From Polyangiales bacterium (GTDB lineage: Bacteria; Myxococcota_A; Polyangia; Polyangiales; Polyangiaceae): a DNA stretch of 64,000 bases. The position numbers and the translations under genes were made by a program. How positions within the stretch are numbered: the stretch's first letter is position 1; each line of letters opens with the position of its first letter. Positions 20,008 through 27,994 of the stretch are shown one piece after another. The DNA is taken from positions 34,872-98,871 of the forward strand of contig JBBRLQ010000030.1 in the NCBI GenBank assembly GCA_038231275.1, read 5' to 3'. Under the pieces are notes generated by a model that was not told the origin of the DNA, did no database searches, and was given only the letters and a program-made list of their open reading frames with translations.

Positions 20008-20999
20008 CCGAGCCGGACCGCAGTCCGCCTCTTCGTCGTCGTCTCGACCTCGTCGTCCTTCAGGCGGCGCACGCGACGCTCGTCGTCGATGACCAGATCG
20101 CGGCGCTTGCGGCGCTTGGCCCGGCGCGCGAGGTGTCGCTCGGCGTGCGCGACGATGGCGCCGGCCACGTCGACCCCGCTCGTGCGCTCGATGCCCTCGA
20201 GGCCGGGCGAGCTGTTGATCTCGAGGATCTTCGGCCCGTCTCTCCCCTCGAGCATGTCGACGCCGGCGACCTCGAGGCCCATGACCTTCGCCGCTGCCAC
20301 CGCCGCCTGCGTGTAGCGCTTGTCCATGTTGACGCGCACGCCGAGGCCGCCGCGGTGCAGGTTCGAGCGGAACTCGCCGGCCTTGGCCTGCCGCCGCATC
20401 GCCGCGATGACGCGCCCGCCGACGACGATCGCCCGGTAGTCACGCCCCTTCGACTCGGCGATGTACTCTTGGAGGATGATGTCTTGCCCCATCGCCCACA
20501 GCGTCTCGAGGAGCGACGACACCGCTTGCGGCGTCTCGGCGATCATCGTCCCGATGCCCTGCGTGCCTTGCTGCAGCTTCACGATGGCCGGGCACCCGCC
20601 GACGAACGAGAGCGCGAGGTCCACCGAGTCGGGCGTGCGCGCGCAGACGGTCCTGGGGACGTCGATGTCCTTCTTCGTGAGCAGCTGCATCGCGCGGAGC
20701 TTGTCGCGCGAGCGGGCGATGGCAACGGCCGTGTTGAGGACCGGGACCCCCATCATGTCGAACTGACGGACGACGGCGAGGCCGTAATTGGTGATCGACG
20801 CCCCGATGCGCGGCAGCACGATGTCCGCGTGGGGCACTGGCCGGTCCCCCAAGAACATCGACGGCCGGCCGCGCGAGATGACGATGTGAAAGTCGAGCGG
20901 ATCGGCGACCGTGACCTCGTGGCCGCGGGAGCGCGCCGCCAAAACGAGGCGGCTCGTCGAGTACAAGGTCGCGTTTCGAGAGAGGATGAGCAGGCGCAT
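20004..20999 (-). CDS. rimK: RimK-family alpha-L-glutamate ligase (ATP-grasp)
   Basis: ILSRNATLYSTSRL, PRIGASITNYG, SRDKLR, GTQGIG, QEYIAESKGRD, EFRSNLHRGG, EINSSPGLEGIE; extra charged C-terminal tail. Start at ATG 20999. Confidence 0.93.
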   Translation of the reverse strand: MRLLILSRNATLYSTSRLVLAARSRGHEVTVADPLDFHIVISRGRPSMFLGDRPVPHADIVLPRIGASITNYGLAVVRQFDMMGVPVLNTAVAIARSRDKLRAMQLLTKKDIDVPRTVCARTPDSVDLALSFVGGCPAIVKLQQGTQGIGTMIAETPQAVSSLLETLWAMGQDIILQEYIAESKGRDYRAIVVGGRVIAAMRRQAKAGEFRSNLHRGGLGVRVNMDKRYTQAAVAAAKVMGLEVAGVDMLEGRDGPKILEINSSPGLEGIERTSGVDVAGAIVAHAERHLARRAKRRKRRDLVIDDERRVRRLKDDEVETTTKRRTAVRLG

Positions 21000-21073
21000 C
21001 GGGCGGCTGATCGCGAAGGTACGGGGACCGCCCCCCCGGCGCAACGCACCCGTCGATCGAGCGCGATTTGGCG

Positions 21074-21226
21074 CTATTTGTGGGCGACCTCGGCCGTACG
21101 GCCGCCCTGGCCCAGGCCGTCCGCCGCCTCGCTCGACCGCTCGCCGCGCGGCAGGCACGCGATCGCGACGAGGACCGCGAGGGCCACCAGCCGGATCCAC
21201 ATATGCGCGCGCTGCGACATGTCCAT
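21074..21226 (-). CDS. Possible 50-aa small membrane protein or lipopeptide
   Basis: MDMSQRAHMWIRLVALAVLVAIACLPRGERSSEAADGLGQGGRTAEVAHK: a signal/TM-like segment ending in Cys; lies in the rimK upstream gap. Confidence 0.4.
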   Translation of the reverse strand: MDMSQRAHMWIRLVALAVLVAIACLPRGERSSEAADGLGQGGRTAEVAHK

Positions 21227-21354
21227 TATCCAATGCAGCGAGCGTGCCGTCGCAAATCGGCCGCGCTGCGGGGCGGTTCGGCGAGCGATCGCGACTTCTG
21301 CGTCAGGGGTGATGCCGGCCGGCGCCACCTCCGGATTGGCGTAAGATGCCCGCC

Positions 21355-22770
21355 ATGGATGCCGCACCCACGCCGAAGACTCCCGACGAGCCCGAGGACG
21401 ACGGCCTCGGTGAGCTGCAGCCGCTACCTCCGCTCGACGGCGAGACGGAGGAGGAGTCGCCCGACGAGGAGCTGGACGCGGTCGATGACCCCGACGAGAC
21501 GGAGAAGAATCTGCTCGATGACGCCACGGGGGAAGGCGAGCCGGTCGACGATCTCGAGCAGGTCGGCGCCGAAGGAGGGTGGCTCGACGACGCCGCCGAC
21601 GCGGAGGATCTCGACGTCGGGGGCCACGAGGTCGACGATTTGGAGCGAACCAATCTCCTTGAAGATGCAGACGAACCCGGCGTCGGGGATGAGGATTTCG
21701 GCCTCGAGGGGCATGGTACCGCCGTCGCGGGGGACGCCGGCGAGGAGGGGCCGGAGGGGGCGGACGAGGAGCTTCGCGAGGAGGATCTCCCGCGCCTCGA
21801 CGCCGACGAGGACGGCGAGCTCGACGACGAGGTCTTCGTCGACGCGTGGCCCGCGACCGGCGGTGCCGACGAGCGCCCGCCGTGGGACGATCGCGCCTGG
21901 GAGCGCGCTCCTGGCTCACCGTCGGTCGGAATGGCTCGCAGCGTCGTCACGATCGACGCGCGCGTGGCGGTGGTCGGCGGAGCGTCCATCGTCCTTGCGG
22001 AAGAGGGCTCGGCGACGCCGGCGGGGGGCACGTCGATCCATGGCTTCGCGATCGCGGGGGTTGCACGCCTTTCCGACGCTGTCGTCGCGGCGACAGCAGG
22101 CGGCCTGTTTTCGAGCGATCTGGCGGGGACGGCATCCGGGCTGGGCGAATTCCGGGAGCTGCGCGGCTGGACGGCGCTCTCCGCCGGCGCGCCCGTCGAG
22201 ATCGCCGCGCACGGAGCGAGGATCTGGGCGCGGACCAAGGAAGGTGCCGTCTTCGCGAGCGGGGATCGCGGGGAGACGTGGGGCGTGCTTGCTGCCGAAG
22301 GCATTTCCGCCGTCACAGTCACCCCCGAAGGAGAGCTGGTCGCCGTCGCGCGCGCCGGTGTGGTCCGCGGGCCGCAGCTCGTGTCGTGGGGGCCGCCCTT
22401 GCCGCTCGCCGAAGGTGCGCTCGCCACCGTTCGTGCGCGCGGTCACGCGGTCGTGGTCGGCGCGTTCGGCGCCGGCGCGTTTCGGTCCACCGGCGGCGAA
22501 TGGGAGCGGCTCGCGGGGACCGGGAGCGTCACGGCGTTGACGTTGCTCGACGACGACGGCACGACGCTCGTGGCCCTCCAAGCGACCGACGAAGAGCGAT
22601 CGTGGATCGCGCGCGCCGGCAGCGACGGGGTTGCCCGCATCGTGGTGGAGCTCGGTGGCGAAGGAGGCGACGACGGCGATCCGCGCGTCCTCGATCTGGC
22701 CTGGCGCGACGACGCGCGCATCGCGTGGGCCGTCGGCGCGTTCGGCGTCGCCGTCCTCCGTCCGCGCTGA
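21355..22770 (+). CDS. Hypothetical protein: ~160-aa Asp/Glu-rich N-terminus plus beta-propeller-like domain
   Basis: Extremely acidic N-terminal region; C-terminal beta-rich region with BNR-like SGDRGETW and FRSTGGEWE; TAAGAT 7 nt before ATG 21355. Confidence 0.75.
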   Translation: MDAAPTPKTPDEPEDDGLGELQPLPPLDGETEEESPDEELDAVDDPDETEKNLLDDATGEGEPVDDLEQVGAEGGWLDDAADAEDLDVGGHEVDDLERTNLLEDADEPGVGDEDFGLEGHGTAVAGDAGEEGPEGADEELREEDLPRLDADEDGELDDEVFVDAWPATGGADERPPWDDRAWERAPGSPSVGMARSVVTIDARVAVVGGASIVLAEEGSATPAGGTSIHGFAIAGVARLSDAVVAATAGGLFSSDLAGTASGLGEFRELRGWTALSAGAPVEIAAHGARIWARTKEGAVFASGDRGETWGVLAAEGISAVTVTPEGELVAVARAGVVRGPQLVSWGPPLPLAEGALATVRARGHAVVVGAFGAGAFRSTGGEWERLAGTGSVTALTLLDDDGTTLVALQATDEERSWIARAGSDGVARIVVELGGEGGDDGDPRVLDLAWRDDARIAWAVGAFGVAVLRPR

Positions 22771-22893
22771 GTGGAACGACGTCCGCTCTAATTGTCCGTC
22801 CCGCCCGCGGCATGCTACTCGCGGGAGGAGCGTTCACGGGTGAGAGCCGCGGCCAGCCGGTAACGCCAGGAGTCGCGCCAGGAGCGGAGAGAG

Positions 22894-24129
22894 ATGCCCA
22901 TCCTCGTTCAGAAGTACGGCGGTTCGTCGGTCGCCGACGTGGAGAAGCTCGGCAAGGTCGCCGACAAGGTCGCGCAGGCGCGGCGCGCGGGGAACGACGT
23001 CGTCGTCGTCGTGAGCGCGATGGGGAAGAAAACCGACGAGCTCCTCGAGCTCGCCCGCGCCGTCGCACGGTCGTCGCCCTCGTCGTCGCCCTCCTCGCCA
23101 GGCGAGGGCAGCGCGGCGACGTTCGATCCGCCGCGTCGCGAGCTCGACATGCTCCTCTCCACCGGCGAGCGCGTCACGATGGCGCTCCTCTCGATCGCGC
23201 TTCAAGCTCGCGGCCTCGACGCGATCAGCTTCACCGGCAGCCAGTCCGGCATCATCACCAACGATCGCCATTTCGACGCGCGCATCATCGAGGTGCGTCC
23301 TCACCGCATCGAGGACGAGCTCTCGCGCGGCAAGATCGTCATCGTCGCCGGCTACCAGGGCATGAGCTACCGGCGGGAGATCACCACGCTCGGGCGCGGC
23401 GGCTCCGACACCACCGCGGTCGCGCTCGCCGCGGCGCTCGGCGCCGAGAGGTGCGAAATCTACAGCGACGTGGACGGCGTCTACTCTGCCGATCCGCGCG
23501 TCGTGCCCGATCCGGTGCACCTGCCGGAGCTCGATCTCGCGACGCTGCAAGAGATGGCGGAGGCGGGCGCGAAGGTGCTGAACGCTCAGGCCGTCGAGTG
23601 GGCTCGCCGCGCCAAGATCTCGATCCACGCGCGCAAGACCTCCGACGCCGTCGACGATGGCGGCAGGGTCGCCAAAGAGACGATCGCCCGTGAGCAGGGG
23701 GCGGCCAACGTTCGCGGCGTCGTCGGCCTCGATCGCGTCGTCCTCGCGCAATTCGACGCGCGGCACGCGGCGCGCTTCGCCGAGGTCGCCGGGACGCTCG
23801 GGGTTCCGTTCGTCGACGGAGGCGCTGCGCGCGGGGTCGCGTCGGTGGCGATCGCGCTGCTGAACCTGCCCGACTGGGACGGCACGCGCCGCGCGATCGA
23901 GACGCAGATGGGCGACGCCGTCGCCTTCGTCGACAAGCAAGCGATCGTGAGCGTCGTGGGGCAAGGGCTCGACTTCCAGGTCGCGCGCTTCCTCGCCGTG
24001 CTTGCGCAGCGCGAAATCTCCCCGCGCACGCTCTCGCTCGGGCCGCTCCGCATCGCCGCGACGATCGACGCGCAGCACCTCGCGGACGCGCAGCGGGCGC
24101 TCCACGCGGCGTTCGTGACGCCGGGTTAA
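22894..24129 (+). CDS. lysC: Aspartate kinase
   Basis: [68 protein letters not shown]; divergent C-terminal ACT region. Confidence 0.92.
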   Translation: MPILVQKYGGSSVADVEKLGKVADKVAQARRAGNDVVVVVSAMGKKTDELLELARAVARSSPSSSPSSPGEGSAATFDPPRRELDMLLSTGERVTMALLSIALQARGLDAISFTGSQSGIITNDRHFDARIIEVRPHRIEDELSRGKIVIVAGYQGMSYRREITTLGRGGSDTTAVALAAALGAERCEIYSDVDGVYSADPRVVPDPVHLPELDLATLQEMAEAGAKVLNAQAVEWARRAKISIHARKTSDAVDDGGRVAKETIAREQGAANVRGVVGLDRVVLAQFDARHAARFAEVAGTLGVPFVDGGAARGVASVAIALLNLPDWDGTRRAIETQMGDAVAFVDKQAIVSVVGQGLDFQVARFLAVLAQREISPRTLSLGPLRIAATIDAQHLADAQRALHAAFVTPG

Positions 24130-24220
24130 CGGCTGACCAGACCGAACGCGACGCCATGGGCGTGCGCCAAGTTGCGCCGCGGCCGCCCTCGAAACCTCGC
24201 GGATCGAGGCGATTTCGAGG

Positions 24221-24236
24221 TGTCACGGAACTTGCG
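24221..24236 (+). promoter_or_regulatory. Sigma54-like -24/-12 element
   Basis: TGTCACGGAACTTGCG vs consensus TGGCACG-N4-TTGCW; the -24 GG is GT. Confidence 0.3.
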
Positions 24237-24247
24237 AACGGGGGGAC

Positions 24248-25168
24248 ATGATCGGTCGCCGTCTCCTCGTCGCTTCCTCCGTGGCATCGCTCCTCACGTT
24301 GGTCTCCGTCGCGAAGGCCGCCCCCGCGCCGTCGTGCAATCCGGCGTCGATGACGCCGAGCGCCGCGTCGATTCCCGCGAACTTCCCGGGCTTCGCGTAC
24401 ACCGCGCAGGCCGCGACCGCGAACGACGTTCACCTGTTCACGCTCGCGAAGGTCGAAGTGCCGCTCACCTTGGGGCCAGTCGTTGGCGGTCTCCTCAAAG
24501 TAAAGCCCGCGGCGCTTACGCCGGGCACGACGTACGAGCTCGATTTCTCGTCGTTCTGCAATTACGGGAACTACCCGCCGCAAGGTCCGATCGTCTTCAT
24601 GGCGACCGCGGAGGCGCCGCTCCCGACGCGGCTCGGCGAGGTGTCGGGGACGCCGACCGTCGTGCTGGAGGACTTCGGGACGACCAAGTACACGATCACC
24701 GCGGCGTACACGCTGGATCCGGAGATGAAGCCGTGGCTCTCGGTCTACCAACTCGATGTCGCGCTCGACGGCAACCGCGTGTCCACGAAGGCGTCGGTCG
24801 ACGCGACGGGGACGTCCGCGCACGTCATCGGGACCGGCTGGTGCGACGCGGTCACCGCGGCATCGAACGCGCACACGATCCAGCTCCGCGCCACGCTGCC
24901 GTTCGCGCCGACCCTCGACACTGCCACCGTCACCGTGAGCTTCTCGTGCCCGGCGCCGAACATCACCACGCCGCCGAAGGAGCCTCTCCAGCCGCCCCCC
25001 ACGAGCGCATCGTCGTCGTCGGGCAACGCCGGAGGCGGTCACGCGGGAGGATGTGCGGCGACCCCTTCGCGAACGGGGAACGGCGCGACGGACCTCACGC
25101 TCTTCGCGATGGCACTCGGGCTCGCGTCGTTCGTGCGACGGCGAACGGCTGCCACGCGCCGTACGTGA
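24248..25168 (+). CDS. Exported protein with MYXO-CTERM-like sorting tail
   Basis: Signal peptide ending AKA; beta-rich body with four Cys; Pro/Ser linker, GGCA, hydrophobic helix, RRR. Confidence 0.8.
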   Translation: MIGRRLLVASSVASLLTLVSVAKAAPAPSCNPASMTPSAASIPANFPGFAYTAQAATANDVHLFTLAKVEVPLTLGPVVGGLLKVKPAALTPGTTYELDFSSFCNYGNYPPQGPIVFMATAEAPLPTRLGEVSGTPTVVLEDFGTTKYTITAAYTLDPEMKPWLSVYQLDVALDGNRVSTKASVDATGTSAHVIGTGWCDAVTAASNAHTIQLRATLPFAPTLDTATVTVSFSCPAPNITTPPKEPLQPPPTSASSSSGNAGGGHAGGCAATPSRTGNGATDLTLFAMALGLASFVRRRTAATRRT

Positions 25169-26303
25169 ACGAGCGCCAGAGCCACTCCACCGGGCCTGCG
25201 CGAAAATGTCGAAGCCAGAGCGCGGCCAGCACGGCTTGCGTCGCAAAGAGGCCAAACGCGAGCGCGCACGCGGAGGCGACGCCCAGCCGTCCGAACAGAC
25301 CGAGCCCCCAGCCGTAGAAGACCACGCTGAGGGCGATCGATTGGGTCAGGTAGCTCGTGAGCGCCATTCGCCCGAGCGGCGCCAGGTTCGAGAGCGCGCG
25401 GGCGGCCGGGCCGCTCCGAAACGCGAGGAGAACCAGCGCGGCGTACGCGACGCCGAGGAGAATCGGCCCAGTGCCCGCGGCGGCGTCCTGGGCCCGTCCC
25501 AGCGAAACGCCCGAGCGTGTCGCCCACTCCGCCGCGCCGCCGAGCACGCCGCCGACGAGCGCGACGGCGACCAGGAGGCGCCCCCGCTGCCCCTCCTGGA
25601 ACACGCGCAGGCGCCACGCGCACGCGCCGAGGAAAAAGAGGCCGAGCGTGCGCGGCGCGCTCCAGAGGAGGAGCGCGGCGATGGGACGAACCTCGCGCAC
25701 GCGAAAGTCGAGCGCGTCCGCGAAGGAGCCGTTGCCGTAGGCGCGTTGCGCGGCGTCCACGTGCTCGCGCAGCGCGTCAGGGCTCGGAAACGGCGACGGG
25801 AGGGGCAACGGCATCGCGTGGACCACGAACAGCGCGATCGCGATCGCGAAGAGGGCGCCGGTGCGTAGCCGCAAGAACGGCGCGGCCACCGCGCCCAGCA
25901 CCGCATAGAGCGTGAGGATGTCGCCGTTCCAGACGAGGAACATGTGCACGAGCCCGAGGGCGAGCAAGAACGCGAGGCGGCGCGCGGCGTAGCGCCCAAA
26001 GGCCGCGCCACGCGCGCCCGTTCGCTCCTGCTGCGCGGCGAGCCCGACGCCGAAGAGGAGCGAGAAGAGCACGAACGCCTTCGACTCGACGCCGAGGGAG
26101 AGGGCACGCGACAGGGCGCGATCGAGCGCCGAGCCTGCGGCGTCCGCGTCGGGCAAGAACTGCTGGAAGATGGAGACGCGGAACTCCGTGACGAGGTTCA
26201 CCGCCAGGACGCCGAACAGCGCGAGCCCGCGGAGCGCGTCGAGCGAGCGCTCACGATCCGCCGCGGCGATGGGCTCTCCCTTCGTCGGCGCCCGAGAGGT
26301 CAC
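25095..26303 (-). CDS. DUF418 (YeiB-like) membrane protein
   Basis: LDALRGLALFGVL, FSLLFGVG, GDILTLYA, GRMALTSYLTQS, GPVEWLWRSFTY. Confidence 0.9.
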   Translation of the reverse strand: MTSRAPTKGEPIAAADRERSLDALRGLALFGVLAVNLVTEFRVSIFQQFLPDADAAGSALDRALSRALSLGVESKAFVLFSLLFGVGLAAQQERTGARGAAFGRYAARRLAFLLALGLVHMFLVWNGDILTLYAVLGAVAAPFLRLRTGALFAIAIALFVVHAMPLPLPSPFPSPDALREHVDAAQRAYGNGSFADALDFRVREVRPIAALLLWSAPRTLGLFFLGACAWRLRVFQEGQRGRLLVAVALVGGVLGGAAEWATRSGVSLGRAQDAAAGTGPILLGVAYAALVLLAFRSGPAARALSNLAPLGRMALTSYLTQSIALSVVFYGWGLGLFGRLGVASACALAFGLFATQAVLAALWLRHFRAGPVEWLWRSFTYGAWQPFAVARTTRARVPSRRA

Positions 26304-26349
26304 GGGACGACACTACCACGCGAGTCGCGTGGCTCGTGGGAGCCGCCCC

Positions 26350-27837
26350 TCAGGCCGCGAGCATCACCGGAGCGAGGCCGTCCAGCAAGCGCCGCGCCTC
26401 GCGTGGGGAAGGGAACCCCGCGATGTGCTCGATCTCCGCGCTCACCGGCACCTCGAGCGCGCAGGCGAGCTCGTTGAACGCCGCGCGTCGCTCCGCCGCG
26501 ACCCTCGCGCGTTCTTCGTCGGTCAGCCGCGTGTCGAGCCACGACGCGAGATCCCAGGAGAGCGCCGCGTGCTCGGTCTCCTCGTCGGCGATCGCGGCCA
26601 TGCAATCGCGCACGTCGGAGCTTGCGGCGCGGGTCTTCTGGAAGTGTGCCACGAGCGCGCCGAACGTCTCGCGCACGCAGCCTTCGCGCGCGTTCTCGAC
26701 GGCGAGCTCGAACGGGGTGACGGCGCGGGCCGGCGCGACCCGCGGCGCTGCGCGCGTAACGCCGTGCTCGCGTGCGAGCGCCGAGATCGCGCGGGCATGA
26801 CGCACTTCGTCGTGGGCGGCGCGACGTACGCGCGCGAGCAGCTCACTCGGCGCGCCCATCGCCGCAAGCTGACGGGCGAGCCTTCGGAACGCCACGACGC
26901 TCGCGGCCTCCAGCGTCGCCATCTGCGCAAAATGCGCTCCGATCGCGCGCGCGGTCTCCGGGGACGCGTCCGCGGTGGACAAACCCGCCGGGCGCCGTCC
27001 CGCGACCGCGCACATTGGCTTCCCCGGGAGAACGTCCGCCGAGACCACCGAGAGCGTGCCCGCGTAGTCGACGTGAACCACCGCGCTCGTCACCTGCTGT
27101 CCGCAGTTTTGGTACTGGAGGAGCTTCAGGTCCCACCCGCCGTCGGCGGTGGTTCGGTACTCCGAGTCCGGAAACGTCTCGCCGCTCTGCGCGCGCTGGC
27201 CGCAGCTCACCTGGTACGGCGTGCTCGCGTTCTCGGTCACCCAGAGCGCCTCTTCGAGCGTGTCGAACGTGCCGAGCAGCGTCTTCACTTCGTCGTTGGT
27301 GCGCGCGACCGCGATCTCGTCGCCGCGGGTCGTGAGGATGTACGTTGTGCTGCACGCGTTCGTCGCGTACTGCGCCGGATACGTGGCCACGCACGCGGCG
27401 CGCGCCACGGGGAGGATTCGATAGCCCGCGACCTTGGCGTTGCACGCCGCAGGGTCTTTCGCGGTCGCGCACAGCGTCCCGACCGCCACGCTGTTCGACG
27501 ACTTCCAGTCGTCGCCGACCACGTCGGGCCCGTTGCCGGTCACGCCTCCCGGTCCGGTGAGGACGTTGAAGGCGCTCTCGGTGCGGTTCACTGCGCCGTC
27601 GATCTGCGGCGATGGATGCATTCCTTGCAGCAACGTCTTGTAGGGCGTGCCGCCCTTCGTGCCGCAGAGCGTGGTGAAGTGCGGGGTGCTGCCGCCGCCG
27701 CCCGTCGGCTCGGTCACGGTCGCTCCGCTGCACCCGGAGATCGCGCCGAGGGCGGTGGCGCCCGCGGTGGTGGCGACGAGCGCGGTGAGAACATCGGCGA
27801 ACGCGCGGCGGAGGCGAAGCTCGGTAGGTCGGCGCAT
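26350..27837 (-). CDS. Putative Tat lipoprotein with Cys-containing N-terminal domain and C-terminal ferritin-like di-iron domain
   Basis: LRRAF twin-Arg, hydrophobic stretch, ISGC lipobox; GRRP linker; LEAASV, DEVRH, EGCVRET, EETEH carboxylate/His motifs; GGAGAGG before ATG 27837. Confidence 0.78.
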   Translation of the reverse strand: MRRPTELRLRRAFADVLTALVATTAGATALGAISGCSGATVTEPTGGGGSTPHFTTLCGTKGGTPYKTLLQGMHPSPQIDGAVNRTESAFNVLTGPGGVTGNGPDVVGDDWKSSNSVAVGTLCATAKDPAACNAKVAGYRILPVARAACVATYPAQYATNACSTTYILTTRGDEIAVARTNDEVKTLLGTFDTLEEALWVTENASTPYQVSCGQRAQSGETFPDSEYRTTADGGWDLKLLQYQNCGQQVTSAVVHVDYAGTLSVVSADVLPGKPMCAVAGRRPAGLSTADASPETARAIGAHFAQMATLEAASVVAFRRLARQLAAMGAPSELLARVRRAAHDEVRHARAISALAREHGVTRAAPRVAPARAVTPFELAVENAREGCVRETFGALVAHFQKTRAASSDVRDCMAAIADEETEHAALSWDLASWLDTRLTDEERARVAAERRAAFNELACALEVPVSAEIEHIAGFPSPREARRLLDGLAPVMLAA

Positions 27838-27849
27838 GACCCTCTCCAT

Positions 27850-27865
27850 CGCAACGCCCATGCCG
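27850..27865 (-). promoter_or_regulatory. Sigma54-type -24/-12 promoter candidate
   Basis: CGGCATGGGCGTTGCG = GG-N10-GC with TTGC, 14 nt before the ATG. Confidence 0.45.
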
Positions 27866-27994
27866 GCTCCCGCGGGCGCATCGCGCGCGAAATTGCCTGG
27901 AATTGCGAGCAAGGAAGCGCCGGGTGGTGTGCCAAGTTGGGCACGATACGCGGACGCGGTCAGCCGCCGCGCTTGGCCGCGCTGGTGATCCAAG

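Noticed and set aside
22771..22893. Possible lysine or SAH riboswitch before aspartokinase (GAGGAGCGTT..., repeated CGCCAGGAG)
   Set aside because: Too short for a lysine aptamer once the promoter-like TTGTCC...TGCTACT is allowed for; the SAH core CCAGGCTC and pseudoknot are absent
20004..24129. RimK + small ORF + aspartokinase as a LysW/LysX carrier pathway or graspetide cluster
   Set aside because: The ligase has canonical RimK motifs; the small ORF lacks the EDWGE terminus, Zn-binding Cys pairs and any graspetide-like core
25095..25168. 74-bp convergent overlap between the MYXO-CTERM and DUF418 genes as antisense regulation
   Set aside because: 3' overlaps are common in GC-rich genomes; nothing further supports a function
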